64,000 nucleotides of DNA. It comes from Bispira polyomma (lineage: Eukaryota). The translations under genes were made by a program, and so were the position numbers. The notes below the pieces were generated by a model. It saw nothing but the letters and a program-made list of their open reading frames with translations, ran no database searches and was not told the origin of the DNA. Positions 11,793 through 25,300 of this stretch are shown here, in pieces. Within the stretch, counting starts at the first letter, position 1. Each line of letters begins with the position of its first letter. The stretch lies in NCBI GenBank assembly GCA_965649765.1, contig OZ287748.1, positions 16,616,001 through 16,680,000 of the forward strand, read 5' to 3'.

Positions 11793-14590
11793 ATTATTAT
11801 TATTATGAATTTTTAACATGCTTTATTGATGCTAGGCATATTCTAAAGTGTAACACCAGAATTATTGATCCAATCATTAGGTCCATGGACATAGCAAAGT
11901 CGTAAGGAAGGAAGTGGGAGTGTGTACGACTGAAGCTAAGGCGGGTAAGCAAAGTTAAAAAGATAGGTTTTAAGCTTTTTCCTAAAACCGATAAATGTGT
12001 CAACTGATCTGAGGTTGACTGGGAGACTGTTCCATACCAATGAAGCTGCAGTGGAGACCGATCTGGATCTCACGTTCCTGATAAGTCTGACTGAAAAGAC
12101 AGAGAGTCTGTTGCCTCTCTTGCGGTTAGTGAAGGAGAGAAGGGAAGCAAGTTATGGGGCTGTTGAGTGACTACAGCCTAAAAAGTGGTAACATGAATCA
12201 ATATACGAGAATGAATGGGCAGCCAGTGTAATTTTTTGAGGTAACGAGTGAGGTCTGTGTAAGAACCCAGAAGAAAAATAACCCTGTATAGGTGATTTTG
12301 GATGGACTTGAGCTTTTTAATGTGTGACTTGTTTGCTCCATAAAAAAGAGAGTTGCAGAAGTCGAGGCGGCTACTCAGAAGGGCAGTAGCCACAGTTATC
12401 GCTGTGTACATAAACAGGGGGTTTCGGGTTCTTTAGATGTCGCGTATATGGTAATAGCAGGAGTGACAGATATTGGCAATATGAGTGTCGAACGAAAAAG
12501 CTGAATCAAAAGTGATACCCAGGTTTATGGCATTTTCGGAAGGTAGTATGTCTTTTCCCAGCAGGGAGATGGGAAACAAAGATTTTAAGAGTTCATTGTT
12601 TTTCTTGTTTCCTATGAGAATGAATTCTGTTTTATCTGGGTTAAGTTTTAATTTGGAGTAGTTCATCCACACCTGGACAGCGGACAGACAGTCTGCATGT
12701 AGTTCAATATTTATATTTGGGTTTTGTGGATTGAGAGAGAGATAGATTTGAGTGTCATCTGCATACATGTAGTGTTTTATATTATGATAATTGATGACGG
12801 TGTTGAGAGGATGTGTATAAAGGGTGAAAAGTAGAGGGCCAAAGACGGATCCCTGGGGTACTCAATATGGTAGCTTTATGGAAGATGATAGGTGATCATC
12901 TGATTTAATTCTTTGTGCCCTAAGAGTAAGATAGGTTCTGATCCATTTGAGGACACTGCCATTTATACCAACCAGTGCTTGAGAGTGTCGCAGAGCAGGC
13001 CATGATCAATAGTGTCGAATTCAGCTGAGAGATCCAGAAGGGTGAGGGCCACTGTGTCGTTGCAGTCCAGTACAAGATTAATATCATTGCTGATAGAAAA
13101 AAGGGCACTTTCTGTAGAGTGGAATTTTCTGTAAGCAAGGTTTTCGAGGTTTTGTCTATTTAGGTGGTCAGAAATTTGTTGTGCTACAGCTTTCTTGATA
13201 ACTTTTGAGATGAAGCTGAGGTTTGACACCGGTCTGTAGTTTTTGAGCATGGTTTTATCAAGCCTTTTTTTATCAAAGGAGTTGCATTTGCAGTCTTGAA
13301 ACAGGTGGGAATGTTACATATAAGGACATTGTGGTATGTTAAAGCACTCTGCTAGAGTGATCTATTTATAGAATTGTGGAAACCCCTAAGCTTCTGGAAG
13401 CTGGTTCTATTTTGTTTCTGTTGTTATTGAAGTTGTGTTAATATGTATATATATCTCATTCTGGAACGTTCTAGCAATTGTTTACATATTCTAGCAACCT
13501 TCTCTAGCAGTGGTATATATAAGGGTTGACAGCCTGGTCACAGACCAGAGTTTATTGAGTTGGTGTGCTATACGAACTGTTATACTGTGAAACATTTTAT
13601 TTTTTTTCCTGTGGATATAAACTGATTACTATATATGTTTTTGTGGTGAACTCATTGGAGTGAACTAGATGAAAGTTGTGGATCTACCAGAGATTGGATT
13701 TGCTGCATATCGGATATTTTTGCATCCTGGACTGGATAGCTCAGTTGTGCAGACTCTCTGGATACATACATTTTGTGATCGTGGACACTGGACTGATATC
13801 AGGCTACAGGCAATGTGTGTTTGTGGACACCGAACGGATAACAGGATACAGGCATTGTATGGACACCGAGCGAATCTCAAGACAGATTGCTGGATACAGT
13901 GGACAAACTTGTTTAATTGTTATTTACGTGGAAAGGACTGTGGTCAGGCCAGATTGGTTTTATTATTGTATAATTGTATTATTGTACAAACTATTAAGAT
14001 TATCTCAGTTGACTGTAATTCTTTAATTCTGTAATTGTGTTATTGTTGTTTTATTTGTTAAATAAATTTGTTAAGTGAAACTTTTTGTCTTTTCCTGTTA
14101 CAACCTAAAAGCAAGCGGTAATTGCTACCGCGCTTGCTCCCGTGACCGTAACAGGGAAAAACACCATTCCGAAGAGAAAAATGTAATATGTTGGTTATGG
14201 GTGTGACTAGAATGTCAAGGCATTGATTTAGAATAACTGCTGGGATGGGATCCAATTCACAAGATTTAATAGTAGAGAATTTCATGAGTTTTAGAACATC
14301 CTGATCTGACAGTGTTCTAAATAGAAACAGGTCAGAAACCTTATATCCTGGGGTTGGAGGATTAAAGTGATATATCGTTAGAAAACCTTCACAAATGTAA
14401 AAATGTAGGGCAGTGATTTATGGGGAGAACTTTCTTCGATGTTCGATGTAAAATTTTGTTCATGGAAGCCCATAACCTTTTGGGATTGTCCTGGTTTTCA
14501 CTGATGATATAGTCGTAATGTTTCTTTCTGGCACCAGATATTAGCCTGTTAAAAGTATTTGTGGCGATGCGGTAACGGAGACCTTCCACC
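11793..14590 (-). mobile_element. Decayed L2/CR1-group LINE interrupted by a solo LTR; same family as 58252-59988
   Basis: KSCELDPIP, NYRPVSNLSFISK, LLDLSAEFDTIDH, YADD, HWLPI; (AAT)n tail. Confidence 0.92.
13312..14153. mobile_element. Solo LTR, 842 bp
   Basis: TGTTAC...GTAACA termini; 5-bp target duplication GGGAA (13307-13311, 14154-14158); empty site in the sister LINE near 59840. Confidence 0.92.
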
Positions 14591-14899
14591 TTGCGTAAAT
14601 ATGAAGAAATAGGAGGCTGCCAATTTTACAGTAGTAATCAGGTTGTGAGTCTCTAGATATACAGAAAGTTATGACAGGTACATGGCATATCTTAGCTATA
14701 AAATTTACATGGCTTTTAAAATAGAAAACAGGTAACAAAATGTTACCAAAGGTGTTGTTGTAATCAGTTGATATGGAATTTGATAATTGTGTTTTATTGA
14801 CTTTGTGGTGTTTGGTATTGATATGAAAAAGATGGAGAATACGCCTTGGAGGTTAGCAATTTATTATACAAAAGGATACATTTGTGAATATTTTTAAAT

Positions 14900-14902
<3 letters not shown>

Positions 14903-14989
<87 letters not shown>
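14903..14989. repeat. (TA)n microsatellite
   Basis: Directly visible. Confidence 0.98.
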
Positions 14990-14991
<2 letters not shown>

Positions 14992-15820
14992 ATAATATCA
15001 GGAATGAATCAGCAGCAAACATATACATTTGTACACATCTGTATTTTCTATTTATTAATATGCCTCAAATGTTTGATTTGGTATTGTTCTTATAAGTAGC
15101 TCACTTATATATATATTTTTAATTATATGTAATCACATCAAAACATCCTGTCACAGTTATGTTAATTACATTGAAATAGCTAGTGATTTGATCTCCATAA
15201 TGCTTTAAATGCAATACTCGTTGAAGCATACCTTTGCATATCAAAAAAGATGATTTAAAACTTATTTTATTAATTATTCGTTGCTGTTGTCAGCTATAAC
15301 CCTACAATACTAACAGTTGGCTATTCAAATTATATCCACAGAAAACGTCATATAAAAAGGGGTCCAGGATTTCTTTATTTGTCTATATAGCGTTGAGCTG
15401 TACATGCATGTGTTTCCCTGATTTTGCATAATCGTGTACCAATTAAATATTTCTATGTGACACTTACCAAGGTACATTGGGTTTACTCTACTATAATGTT
15501 TTTTGACTTCTCAATTGATAAATTGATTCTGTAGTTGCATTTTAGAAGAAGTTGTCTCACATCAATAAGGCACATTAAAAATGCAAAATACAAAGTTGTA
15601 GTATAATGACTGAATTAAATGGTATAACATGTAGCTAAGGGATGGGAATGTGGCGTGGATGAATTCATTAAATCTTGAAATGAATCCCGGTGGAAGGGTG
15701 GACCAATGACTTCATTTATACTTGTTTGGTTTTGTGGTACCATGTAAGTTTCATTTTGGACCAATATATTTTACAAGTACTTGTGAGTTCCCATTTGTAG
15801 TGGTGAACAGCTTGAATTAA

Positions 15821-16356
15821 GGGGCTAGTACACCTATCCTGTTTTTGCTTCTGTCATCCATCTCCGAAGTCTGTTTACGTCATCCGAAAAATTTGAAATC
15901 AAAGCAATTAGAGAAGTAAAATATACCTGGCCGACAGCACCTCCGAATCGGGAGTCAAATTTTCAAAATCAAACTAAAACCAATTTGTGGGGGATGTCAG
16001 ACGGGAATGTGGCGATTTATTTATCGATTTTCTGAGGTTGGTGGCGTTTTTATGTAGTACACATGTTTAAAATTAATTATCTCAGCCATTTGTCAACGGA
16101 TTTTGATGCAACAAAAAGCATAGTAATTGTAATAAAATAAACTTTGTAACCATATTATTAAGGAATTTTAATCTTTGGTAATTTTTAGAGTTATAAATTG
16201 TACTACAATAATTTCTTTTCAACATTATATATGTATACTAGAAACATCGACCAGTTTTTCGGATGTATTGTATCTGCAAATTCGGATGTCGGCTGACGGA
16301 AACGGACGTCGGATTCGTAATTTCAGAAACAAAATCGTCTAGGTATATTTGCCTCT
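15821..16356. mobile_element. Non-autonomous TIR element with TTAA target (Kolobok-like)
   Basis: TTAA on both sides; imperfect TIRs GGGGCTAGTACACCTA vs AGAGGCAAATATACCTA; purine-purine termini. Confidence 0.65.
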
Positions 16357-19173
16357 TTAAATGTCTTTTTAGGTTTCTATGTACACCCTAAACTCTGTCT
16401 AAAAAAACACCGTGATTTTAGAGAAATGTAGGGGTTGGCCATGGGCTGCAAAGATTATATGGTTTTCTGTTCAAAAGATTGACTATATTTAAACAAAAAA
16501 CTGGGGATAAGCTACTATGAAAGAATAGGCTATACATATATAAACTTGTTGGAATAAGACCATTCTATTTAGTATGTTGTACGAAGTGTAACATAATTAT
16601 CCTTTCCTAAGCCATAAGAGTGACTTCCCAAAGTGACCTGGATTCTTTTGAGTCAGGATTCCTCTGTAAACTTAAATTACCACACGTAAAAGTAATAATC
16701 AGTTTTAGTGTGTGATGTTGTGAGCAATAACATAATATCTATATATCTCACGGAATATGGTATTGTAATATATATTTTATTTCTTATCATATGAAAAATT
16801 TTAAAAAACTCAATGATTCATTAAACTGACAGGGCTAACCTTTACCATTTCATACACAAGTTTGAATATATGGAAGCCCAATAGTTTGATTAGAAAACAC
16901 ATTGCCCCATTAGCATTATTAATGCATTGAAATCTCTCAGTAGTAAACACACACACTGCTGTAATAGCTGAAATATTAGCCAGAGAATATTTTAAAATTT
17001 TGTTTTTAAAGTCACTTGTTTGTTTTGTATTTATGGACAATTTGTTTTTTTTTATGGTATTCATTCAACAACTGACTTCATACTGCTTCTAATTTTGCCA
17101 CACTATTAGGTTAGAAAAAAAAGATTGACATGAAAAATGTTTAGCTATAAGAATTCCTACCCGTCTGCTGTGACTTGAATCAGTAGGTGCATAAAAAGAC
17201 TTTCCATCCCAATCTCTTAAGACTGCCTGTGTTATATCACTGGTGCAAAATGTTTCCTAGGGAAGCAATATATCTATTTCTTTATCCTCACACCATTGAA
17301 ACAATGTTAATCGTTTACTTCTATTTCTTAGACCACGAACATTTAATAAGACACAAAACAATTACGTACATTTACAAAAAACTAATCTTCTTATTGCATG
17401 ATACCTAATTGTATTCCCATATCAAAGGGTTTTCTTTTATGCCTGTTACATTAACAAACAATATTATCAATAAAATGGATTTTTTTCTGAAATAACTTGG
17501 AAAGACGTCTCAACTAGACGACATCAGGCCAAAACAAACTGCCTACGGTGGTATTAATCTTAATCTCACCATTCAGTTTCGACATCAAAACACATGGATA
17601 AGTTTTATATTCCACCCGCCCTCCCTACATGGACGTGACACTCTTTTTTCAAAACATCATGGGAAACACCAAGGATTGCTCATGATCACATAATCGGGGC
17701 CTCTTCCCGACCGTTCATGATAGTGGAACAGCACTATTAGATTCACCAGAAAAAAGTAATATCACTCTTTATTCTAACAGTTTTCTTCCTAAACATTCAT
17801 GTCGTTTAAAAAATTATTTTTCACCTATATACATATATCATTCAATAAAGTTAAAAATCAATATATTTACTTGAATGTCAGAGGTTTGAAAGATAAATGT
17901 AAGAGAGTTTTATCTGAGAGTCACATTCTATGCCTGAATCTGAAATTGAATGTGAAAATCAATGAAATGGTAAATCTATATTTTTACATGGTTGCTCTAA
18001 TTTTATTAGTAGATTTGTATTACTTGGCTGTGCCTTAGCAGATGTTAATGTTAACATCAATAGTGCCACAATCGATGCACTGCACATCTCATTTAATATC
18101 CAAAAGAGTAATCTCATACAGATAGGTGTTGAGGTTTTTGTTTCAGTTTTGATCCTGATGGGGATTATCCATTCATATTTCAGAAGGTGCTGCAACGGTG
18201 AAAAGATGATTTCCTCTGGTTAGTTTGCTAAGATATATCATTTTTTATGCTCTGTTATCATACAGATACAGATTTACAATAAACCAAGGCATTTGCAACT
18301 TGCAATAAAATTTTCAAAAGCCAACAAACCCTGCCAAAGTTACAAATGTTATACTTGCAGGATCAGCAGAGGTTTGTGAAGGAGAAATTAGCGTCAAAAG
18401 GTGACTCCTACATTCATGTTGCACCCAGTGTGTTTTGAATGATTAAAAACGATTTAATTGATTTTAGATAAACTAAAGAGCTGATGAAGCACTTAGGAAC
18501 AGTTTTTTTAGAGATGATGGAGCAGTAAATGAGTATCATCTGCATAAAATGGTGGCTGATATTGTTATTTGTTGATAATACTTTACCACTTTACCAAGTG
18601 GAGTTGTGCACAAGGATAAAAGCTTTAGTTTAGGTAATCTGTATACCCCTATTTTGATAATATGTAACAGATATGAAAATTATGTGGGAGAAAATATCAT
18701 TATAGGGGGTGACCTGAATGTATACTTTTATGTTTTTAAACAAAATTGTGATCTCGGAAGGAATCTTGGATATGGCAGAAAACTTTGATATATGGAGATT
18801 GAAGCATCCTAATACAGATAAACCTGAAGTAGAGAAACAGTGTCAGGTATAAAGCTGTCTATAATTTTCTTATTTCATGTGATCTAGAGTTTTAAAAACA
18901 CAAAAAAGATATACTCTTTATAGAATATTTTAACATGTAATTAAGGCAGTAAATAGTTTAGCTAATAATACAACTGGACAAAACTTCATAAAAGCCAGAA
19001 ACAAAGTGTAATAAGAACCCCAAAAGGTAAAGATATGACAAGCTTGACATCCTGGAGGCCTTATGATGTTCTTGTCTTAGATAAATTGTTAAAAAGATTG
19101 ACCACAAAACAATTTTATTGCTTTAATTCACAATGCAGAGATATATCCACATTTTGTTTAAATGATAAAAGAT

Positions 19174-19367
19174 TTATTTTTGAATGTTGCGCACACAAAG
19201 GTGAAGTGCCTTATCAAACACCAGCCCTGGAGGACAACTGAGATCAAAGCATCCACCAGCATCGTCACACTCGATATATTTACGGGGATCCCTGGCAGGG
19301 TAGTAGTAACCGTGTACTGCAATGTTTGATGGAGAGCAGGGATTGTTGCCTTGGCAGTTATAGCCAT
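19174..19367 (-). CDS. Terminal CBM14/peritrophin-A-like exon (DGYNCQGNNPCSPSNIAVHGYYYPARDPRKYIECDDAGGCFDLSCPPGLVFDKALHLCVRNIQK*)
   Basis: TAG acceptor, phase 1, CPxGLxF/Y motif; AATAAA on the minus strand near 19113-19118. Confidence 0.88.
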
Positions 19368-22300
19368 CTAGATAAATGAAAAAGTTGAAAAATATCTACA
19401 TAATAATCATACAAAAATGTATTTAAGGGGCTTCAGGCAGTAAAGGCCATTGTTTCTAGTGTTGATAGAAAGCATGGGCTCCAGAAACAATGATTCAAAC
19501 ATTATTCGCAATAGTCGCAATATAACTATAGCTGTTGAAAGCGATGCAAAACCAAAATAAATTCAAATTCAATTGAAAAGTAGTAAAAATCAAGGTTTAT
19601 ATTCCATTATGTTCTTTAATGTTAATTTGTATATCTAAACCTGATACATTTTGCTCGATTTCTCTTTAAAACAACAAGTCAGATAGACAATGAAACCCTT
19701 GAAAATCCTGCAAATACAACATTTTTAAAGGCGCAGTGTTACATAAAACAATTTATACAACATTCTGTATACCATCATAGTAGAGTGGGCGATGCAGCAC
19801 AGTTTGTAATAGAAACCTCTTTTTCACAAAACATAAGCTATGACATGTCACATCCAATATCATATTTGTAAAAATATGGCAGAAAACTTGCCAAATACTG
19901 ACCCCCTGTCAGAAACTCCCCTCTTTGGTGATTTGATCAAGGGCATTCTTAATCATTTGGCAATTTATAAGTAAATTGTATTCCCGCCATGTTGCCACAT
20001 ACAGTGCAAAGACGGACCACCCATTGGTGGGTAGGTAAAACCAGTCATATACCTGGGTTGAAAGGGACATCTTTGTCTGAATTACCTTGCCCAAAAGTAC
20101 AATCTCTAGGTTTGTAGTGACGAAGGAAAGTAAAATATTCTCACCACAAGGCTACAGAGACAACACTTGTAAATAACAGCAAGATGACATTGCATTTGTG
20201 CTTTTAGGAATGTCAACTACTCACCCGAGTTATACATCACTGTGTACATACTGCTATATACAGTAGCCTCCGGCAGGTCACACTGGTGGTACATAGGGGA
20301 ACATATATTTTCAACAGTAAACACAAAGGCAACACAGTTGGTAAAGGAAGCACACTTCTTTGCACATTCTGCTGCGTTATAAGCGTATATTTTCTCTAAG
20401 TTAGGTACATCGCAAAATGTTTGTAGGTGAAATTCATAACCAGCAGGTCTGTCTGAAAAGGTTATAAAAATGTGATTTATTTCGTACAATAAACGGTACA
20501 AGTACAATGGTTAAATATAAAAATACAAACATGAATGAACAGAAATATACACATACTCTGACAATTATGACAGTTTAATCTATTGAAGCATAACTGGGGA
20601 TGTTACACAATTCATTTTTAGTAAATTGTAAATTATTGGCCTTGTTCCTTTTTAAGTAATAATCGATGATTGTATATCTAATACCACGGCTACATACAAG
20701 TACCCAGAACAGCTCTTTCTGAGCTTGGAGTTAGATTTCCTCTCTGGGTAATCAATCTGTTAGTCTGTGTGTATTAAAATAACATTAACACTGCATCCCT
20801 GTGATCCATGTGGTAATGAAATATAAACATTTGTAAATGTGCCAAGAGACCGTATTTACAAAAGACCTTTACTAAGTCTCAATCTTAACTTCTATGTCTA
20901 AAATATTTAGGACTGCCTTCTGTTTGTCTTTGTGTTAAGTCCCAAGTTAACAGTAACCAAAGATATTTTCTCACTGTCACTGGGACTAAGGCCAAAATCT
21001 TAACCTTTTCCACCAAAATAATGGCCTAAAATCTTAAGACTAAGTTAAGACTGTGACCTTTTGGTGAATATGACCCAGCTTTTCTCACTTATACATCTAG
21101 TCTTAACTTTTTTCTAGCACAGTTACAAAGTTTTATGTATGTTTTATTTGTGTGACTCCATTGAAGTACAGAGCAACCATTTTGATCCAAACAACTAAGG
21201 AGTGTGATAATTCATTCGGATAATAAAAGGTTAATAAAACCGAAAAGCCAGTTAGTATAAAACAGGTATGAGTGAAAGGAGTATTAACCTTTCTTACCAC
21301 TAAACCACAGAGACCACACTTGTAAGTAACAGCAAAATGACATTACATCTAGGTTTTTAGGAATGTCAACTACTCACCCAAGTTATACAGCATAATGTAC
21401 ACATTGCCATCAGCATTATTCTCCAGCTGGTCGCATTGGTACTTTAGGTAACAATTATTGCGAATATCGAACTGAAAAGCTACACAGCTGGCAGAGGAAG
21501 CACACTTCTTTGCACACTCTCCTGCATTACTAACGGCTGTTATCTCTAAATTATATCCCCTGCAATCTGTTTGTGGGTGAAATTGATATCCAGTCGGTCT
21601 GTCTATAAAAGTTGTAAAAGTATTATTGATATATTTCATACAATAAACGATACACGTACAATGGTTAAAAAAAATACAAACATGAATGAACAGAAATATA
21701 CACATAATTTACCAATACTGACAGTTTAATCTATTGCAATATAACTGATGATGTTACACAGTTCATTTTTGGTAAATTGTAAATTACTGGCCTTGTTCAT
21801 TGTTAAGAAATAATTGATGATTGTATATCTATTACCACGGCTATGTACAAGTGTCTAAAACAGCTCTTTTTAAGTTTGGAGTTAGATTTCCTTATGTCCT
21901 CTCTGGGTAATCAAGGTGTCAGTTAGTTTGTATTAAAATAGCATTAACATTGCATCCCTGTGATCCATGTGGTAATGAAATATAAACATTTGTAAATGTG
22001 CCAAGAGACCGTATTTACAAAAGACCTTTACTAAGTCTCAATCTTAACTTCTATGTCTAAAATATTTAGGACTGCCTTCTGTTTGTCTTTGTGTTAAGTC
22101 CCAAGTTAACAGTAACCAAAGATATTTTCTCACTGTCACTGGGACTAAGGCCAAAATCTTAACCTTTTCCACCAAAATAATGGCCTAAAATCTTAAGACT
22201 AAGTTAAGACTGTGACCTTTTGGTGAATATGACCCAGCTTTTCTCACTTATACATCTAGTCTTAACTTTTTTCTAGCACAGTTACAAAGTTTTATGTGTG

Positions 22301-25300
22301 TTTTATTTGTGTGCCTCCATTGAAGTACAGTACATTTGGATAATATAAGGTTAATAAAATAGAAAAGGTAGTTAGTATAAAACAGGTATGAGTGAGAGGA
22401 GAACTAACCTCTCTTTCCACTAAACCATAAAGACCACACTTGTAAGTAACAGTAGAATGACATTACATCTTTTCTTTTTGGAATATCAACTACTCACCCA
22501 AGTTATACAGCCTAATGTACACATTGAAATTATAATTTTCCTTCATTTGGTCGCACTGGTAATTTAGCCAACAATGCCAGTAATAACTGAACTGAAAAGC
22601 CACACAGTTGGTATATGAAGCACACACTTTTGCACATGCTGCTGGATTTGAAGTTTCAACCATTATGCTATTTCCAATGCAACTTCTATATGGGTGAAGT
22701 TCATATCCAGCCGGTCTGTCTATAAAAGTTGTAAAAGTTTTATTGATATATTTCATACAAAAAACGATACAAATACAATGATTAAAAAAAAATACACACA
22801 CGAATCAACAGAAATATACACATACTCTAAAAATCATGACAGTTTCATCTATTGCAGTATAACTGATGATGTTACACAGTTCATTTTAAGTAAATTGTAT
22901 ACTATTGGCCCTGTTCATTGTTAAGAAATAATTGATGATTGTATATTTATTGCCACTGCTTCATACAAGTGCCCAAAACAACTTTCTGAACTTAGAGTTA
23001 GATTTCCTTATGTCCTTTCTAGGTATTCAATCTGTTAGTCACTGTGTATTAAAATAACATTATCACTCGGCATCCCTGTGATCCATGTGGCAATGAAATA
23101 TAAACATCTGTAAATGTGTCCAATGGACAGTATTTACAAAAGGTTTTTACTTAGTGTTAAGCTAAATTTCTATGTCTGAAATATTTAAGACTGCCTTTTG
23201 TTAGCTTATGTGTTAAGGGGCTATGAACGTAAACACATAAACTGATCGCCCACAACCTTGTTACATGTGTTTGAGCTTCTCACAAAGTGCACAACTTTTA
23301 TTTTGTTGCCTTAAACTTGATTTATGGATATCATATTTACATTTTCGAGTAGAAATAATAAAGAATGACATATATTTTAATTATATGCTAATTTATATAT
23401 TTTATGTGTCATTTAAATAGATATATTGGGACATAAAATGCTTATGGCAGTGTGTAATATTTTAAATAAAATGGTTAATATTTTTTAAAGACATTCACAA
23501 ACCTGACACATAACACACAAGAAGGAAACAATATTGAAATTTTATACATCACTAACAAAAGGAATATTTCAGCGTCATTTTGAATGATTTCGTTTTTTAA
23601 TTACAACACACCAACACAGCTAATTTAAGAAAACCATTTAATTTACTTTTTTGCAAACATAAACGTTTCTTGTATTTTTCGTTTTCATAAAATAAGAAAA
23701 TATATTCGTAAAAAAGTAAATCACTCAAAATAATATACATGTTTTTTCAAGTTGTTTAGCGTATATAATATTTTCATATGTGTTGGATCAATACTCATAA
23801 TGTGTCACAATAGAAAGGTTTTTTCCTGAGAATTGTTTACAAATATGACATTCTACATAGATTTTTAAATTGTGTGACGTCACAATATAATAATCGTTAT
23901 ATGGGTTTTTTTATTGTTTTATAGCAAAGTATTAAACTTTAAATTTGTCTAGATATATAATAATAGTAAAAACCTTACTAAAGTATACTTTTAAAGTCAT
24001 CATAGTTGTTATACAGAGTAGAAATGGGCATTCCTAAAGCATCATACTTTATCGCTGGCATGGTTTTGTGTTTACGTTATGCCGTGGTCACACTGGCCTT
24101 ACGTTTGGATTACGCACAAAAAAGGGCTAACGTAAGCTAAAACGTTGTGAAAGTAAGTAAATGTAAGTAAAACATGGTACCTTAAGTTTAGTTATCTCCT
24201 GTTTTTAAAAAACCTCTTAATTTTCAGAATGCTCGGAAGTAAAGCGAACTATGCAAACAAATAATATTATTAAACAAGGAAAAAAAGAATGAAACGGGTT
24301 TACAAATGTTAAAATCAAGGAGAACGAGACAAAACGGGTTTCTAAAATGTGGCTAACGAGGCTAACATATTATTAAAACATGGCTAAAGAGTTAAACATA
24401 ATTGAAATGACTATTAAAATGTATGAAATGCATGTACAAACGTGTACATGTGCCTACTGAACGGACTATACATAGAGTTTTGCTACGTTTCCCAATTTTT
24501 CCATGGTTTTTCATTCCGTTTTCTCCCATTTACGAAAAAAACGTAACACAAACGTACTCAGTGTGACCACGGCATTAATAACCGCTTAAGTGCAAATTAC
24601 CCTAACCTCTTTTATCCAAACAACTGAGAATTTATTCAGATAATAGAATGTTAATAAAAAAAGAAAAGGCAGTTAGTATAAAACAGGTATGAGTGAGAGG
24701 AGTAATTATTATGCCACAGAGACCACACTAGTAAGTAACAGCTGAATGACATTACATCTGGGCTTTTACGAATGTCAACTACTCACCTGGGTTATTCATC
24801 ACAGTGTACACATTGCCATCAATATTATTCTCCAGCTGGTCACATTTGTACTTAGGGATACAATAATTGTTAACATTGAACTGAAAGGCCACACATATGA
24901 TAAGTATAGCACACCTCTTTGCACATGCTGCCGCATTATTAACAAGTGTCTTCTCTAAATCATGTCCCTTGCAATCTGTTTGTGGGTAAAATTCATAAGC
25001 AGCAGGTCTGTCTGAAAAGGTTATAAAAAGTTTATTGATTTATTTTATACAATAAACGGTACAAGTACAATGGTTAAAAAAATACAAACATGAATGAACA
25101 GAAATATACACATAATCTAACAATACTGACAGTTTAATCAGTTGCAGCATAACTGATGATGTTACACTTTTCATTTTTAGTAAATTGTAAATTATTGACC
25201 TTATTCCTTGTAAAGAAATAATTGATGATTGCATATCTACTAAGTACCTTTTCACCATACAGGTTTTAAATTTGTTAAGTATCTAATTTGATTGATTTGT

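Noticed and set aside
13665-14034. Three overlapping ORFs
   Set aside because: Inside the solo LTR; low-complexity TGGA-rich sequence
14898-15095. (IY)n ORF
   Set aside because: Translation of a (TA)n microsatellite
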